A stretch of 64,000 nucleotides of DNA, taken from positions 1 through 64,000 of the forward strand of contig CAVSGP010000002.1 in the NCBI GenBank assembly GCA_963727505.1, given 5' to 3'. The notes beneath the pieces were generated by a model, which searched no databases, was not told where the DNA came from, and saw only the letters and a program-made list of their open reading frames with translations. This DNA comes from an uncultured Trueperaceae bacterium. Lineage in GTDB: Bacteria > Deinococcota > Deinococci > Deinococcales > Trueperaceae. The position numbers and the translations under genes were made by a program. This document shows positions 61,883 to 64,000 of the stretch, piece after piece (within the stretch, counting starts at the first letter, position 1; every line of letters starts with the position of its first letter).

Positions 61883-62012
61883 CGCTCGCGCGCCCACCCC
61901 GCATCGGCACGGGAGGAACGCTCCGCGAACGGCGCGCGTCCTAGCCTCGGGCCACCCGAACCGGCAACGGCCGGGCGTGTCGGCGCCTGCAGGCGCCGTG
62001 AAGGAGGAGACC

Positions 62013-63440
62013 ATGAAGGAACGGATCGGATCCACCGCGGACGATGCGATGCCGGCGCCCCCCCTTCCCGGAGGCTTCGTTGAGGCGCTACGGGCCGGCC
62101 TCCGAGGCCAGGTGCTGACGCCCTCCGACCCCGGATACGAGAAGGTCCGGCCCGTCTACAACGCGATGATCCAGCGCCGTCCTGGCGCCATCGCGCAGGT
62201 GGCCGACGCCGCCGACGTGATGGCCTGCGTCGACGCTGCACGCGCGTACGGCGTTCCGCTCGCGGTTCGCGGCGGAGGTCACAACGCCGCCGGTCTGGGA
62301 TCGGTCGACGGCGGGCTGGTCGTCGACCTCGGACGCCTCAAGGGCATCCGGGTCGATCCACGCGCCCGCACCGTCCGCGTCGAAGGCGGCTGCGTCTGGG
62401 GCGACGTCGACCACGCCACCCACCCCTTCGGGCTCGCCGTGCCCTGCGGCTTCATCGCCAGTACGGGTGTCGGCGGCCTCACCCTCGGCGGCGGAAGCGG
62501 TTACCTCACGCGCTCCGCCGGCCTCACCATCGACAACCTTCTCAGCGCCGACGTGGTCCTCGCCGATGGACGCTTCGTCACCGCGAGCACCGACGAGCAT
62601 CCCGACCTGTTCTGGGCCCTCAAGGGCGGAGGCGGCAACTTCGGCATCGTCACCAGCTTCCTGTTCCGCGCGCACCCCGTCAAGAACGTCATCGGCGGAC
62701 CCACCATGTGGGCCCTGGACAAGGCGGAGGACGCGCTCCGCGGATTCCAGGAGCTGATCGAAACCGCGCCGGAGGAGCTGGGCGGCTTCTTCGCCTTCAC
62801 CACCGTCCCGCCCGTGCCCCCCTTCCCCGAGGAGCTCCACGGGCGCACCGTCGCCGCCGTCGTGTGGTGCTACAACGGCAACCAGGAAGGCTTCGACGAC
62901 CTCGTCGGACCCTTCGTCGAAGAGGTGGAACCGCTGCTGCACGGCCCTCACGAGCTCCCCTTCCCCGCCCTGCAATCCTTCTTCGACCCTCTCTATCCTG
63001 CCGGCCTGCAGTGGTACTGGCGCGCCGATTTCCTGCCGCAGCTCTCGGACGAAGCGATCGCCGAGCACGCCCGCTTGGGCGCCACCCTCCCCACCCCGCA
63101 GTCCACCATGCACCTGTACCCCTTGAACGGCGCGGCGGCACGTGTGAGCGCCGACGCAACCGCCTACCGCCACCGCGACGCTCTTTGGTCGCAGGTCATC
63201 GTCGGCGTCGACCCAGATCCCGGGATGGCCGGAGCGCTGCGCGACTGGACGGTCGGCTACTACGATGCCCTGCACCCCTACTCCACCGGCGCGGCGTACG
63301 TGAACTTCATGATGGACGAAGGCCACGACCGCATCCAGGCGAGCTACGGCGAGAACTACGAACGCCTGACCACGGTCAAGCGCCGCTACGACCCGGACAA
63401 CCTGTTCCAGGTGAATCAGAACATCCCGCCGGCCGCGTGA
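62013..63440 (+). CDS. FAD-binding oxidoreductase, BBE/VAO family
   Basis: AAGGAGG RBS; RGGGHN, TGVGGLTLGGG, DLFWALKGGGGNFG, YVNF, KRRYDPDNLF. Confidence 0.92.
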   Translation: MKERIGSTADDAMPAPPLPGGFVEALRAGLRGQVLTPSDPGYEKVRPVYNAMIQRRPGAIAQVADAADVMACVDAARAYGVPLAVRGGGHNAAGLGSVDGGLVVDLGRLKGIRVDPRARTVRVEGGCVWGDVDHATHPFGLAVPCGFIASTGVGGLTLGGGSGYLTRSAGLTIDNLLSADVVLADGRFVTASTDEHPDLFWALKGGGGNFGIVTSFLFRAHPVKNVIGGPTMWALDKAEDALRGFQELIETAPEELGGFFAFTTVPPVPPFPEELHGRTVAAVVWCYNGNQEGFDDLVGPFVEEVEPLLHGPHELPFPALQSFFDPLYPAGLQWYWRADFLPQLSDEAIAEHARLGATLPTPQSTMHLYPLNGAAARVSADATAYRHRDALWSQVIVGVDPDPGMAGALRDWTVGYYDALHPYSTGAAYVNFMMDEGHDRIQASYGENYERLTTVKRRYDPDNLFQVNQNIPPAA

Positions 63441-63494
63441 GTCGCGGGTGCCGCTGCGCTGTCGGCAGCGCTGCGCCCGGCCGTGAGAACCAGG

Positions 63495-63525
63495 AAAGGG
63501 GGCCCGCCGGAGATCGGCGGGCCCC
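63495..63525 (-). terminator. Stem-loop between convergent genes
   Basis: ggggcccgccg-gagat-cggcgggcccc with a U tract on the minus strand. Confidence 0.6.
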
Positions 63526-63562
63526 ACCTACGCCCGGAGGCGAGGGCGTCGTAGGGGAGGGG

Positions 63563-64000
63563 TCAGGAGAACTCGTGCCCGAGGTTCTGCATCACCGCGA
63601 GCGCGAATGCCATGACCCGCCTGGTATCGGGGTCGTTGGCCGAACGCAGCGCCCCGAAGATGCCCCCGACCGGGGGGACCTTCACGTCGGGGTATTGCGC
63701 CTGCCCCGCCTTGAGGGCGCGGGCGGCGCGCTCCAGCGCGTCCAGCACGAAGGGATCGAGGATGAGTTCGCCCAGCACGCTGACCTTGCGCACCAGACCG
63801 GCGACCATCTCGTCGGTCATGCCTGCCTGGACCAGGTTGAGCGCGCCCGTCAGGCCGCGCAGTCCCTCCAGCGTGGCAGGATCGGTGACGGAATCGAGCG
63901 TCGCCAGCACCTCGGGGCTCTTGACCCGCTCGAGCAGCTCCAGCACGCCGGGATCCAGGATGACCTCGGCCAGACCGGCGACCTTCGACACGAGTCCCTT
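63563..64000 (-). CDS. DUF1641-like protein (5'-truncated by window)
   Basis: C-terminal PPVGGIFGALRSANDPDTRRVMAF resembles DUF1641; ORF runs off the window edge. Confidence 0.65.
   Translation of the reverse strand, partial: KGLVSKVAGLAEVILDPGVLELLERVKSPEVLATLDSVTDPATLEGLRGLTGALNLVQAGMTDEMVAGLVRKVSVLGELILDPFVLDALERAARALKAGQAQYPDVKVPPVGGIFGALRSANDPDTRRVMAFALAVMQNLGHEFS

Overview
High-GC bacterial chromosomal window, probably Deinococcota (Truepera/Deinococcus-like). This assignment is inferred from the Thermus-like nuoA-N proteins and many apparently leaderless genes. The right ~51 kb is mostly housekeeping and metabolic DNA: AMP nucleosidase, class V aminotransferase, trxC, comB, tnaA, lpdA-like, aspartate aminotransferase, ndk, an HD-GYP regulator, a complete nuoA-N operon, tRNA-Lys/Glu/Val, an IclR-associated amidohydrolase cluster, kynU, a two-component system, a NodIJ-like ABC exporter and a BTAD-ATPase regulator with an FAD oxidase. 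The left ~13 kb is an accessory region. Its main feature is a ~44-bp sequence spanning the last codons and stop of the AMP nucleosidase gene, present three times in direct orientation (12968, 11322, 4524). The two internal copies share additional homologous arms on both sides, while the copy in the gene has coding sequence on its right. This is the layout expected for a tandem array of site-specifically integrated islets, yet no integrase is visible in the window. The cargo comprises two toxin-antitoxin modules, a copper cluster with a CopD/beta-propeller fusion, a PadR-FAD oxidase pair, secreted proteins and IS remnants. All alignments and counts were done by eye; no database searches were run.
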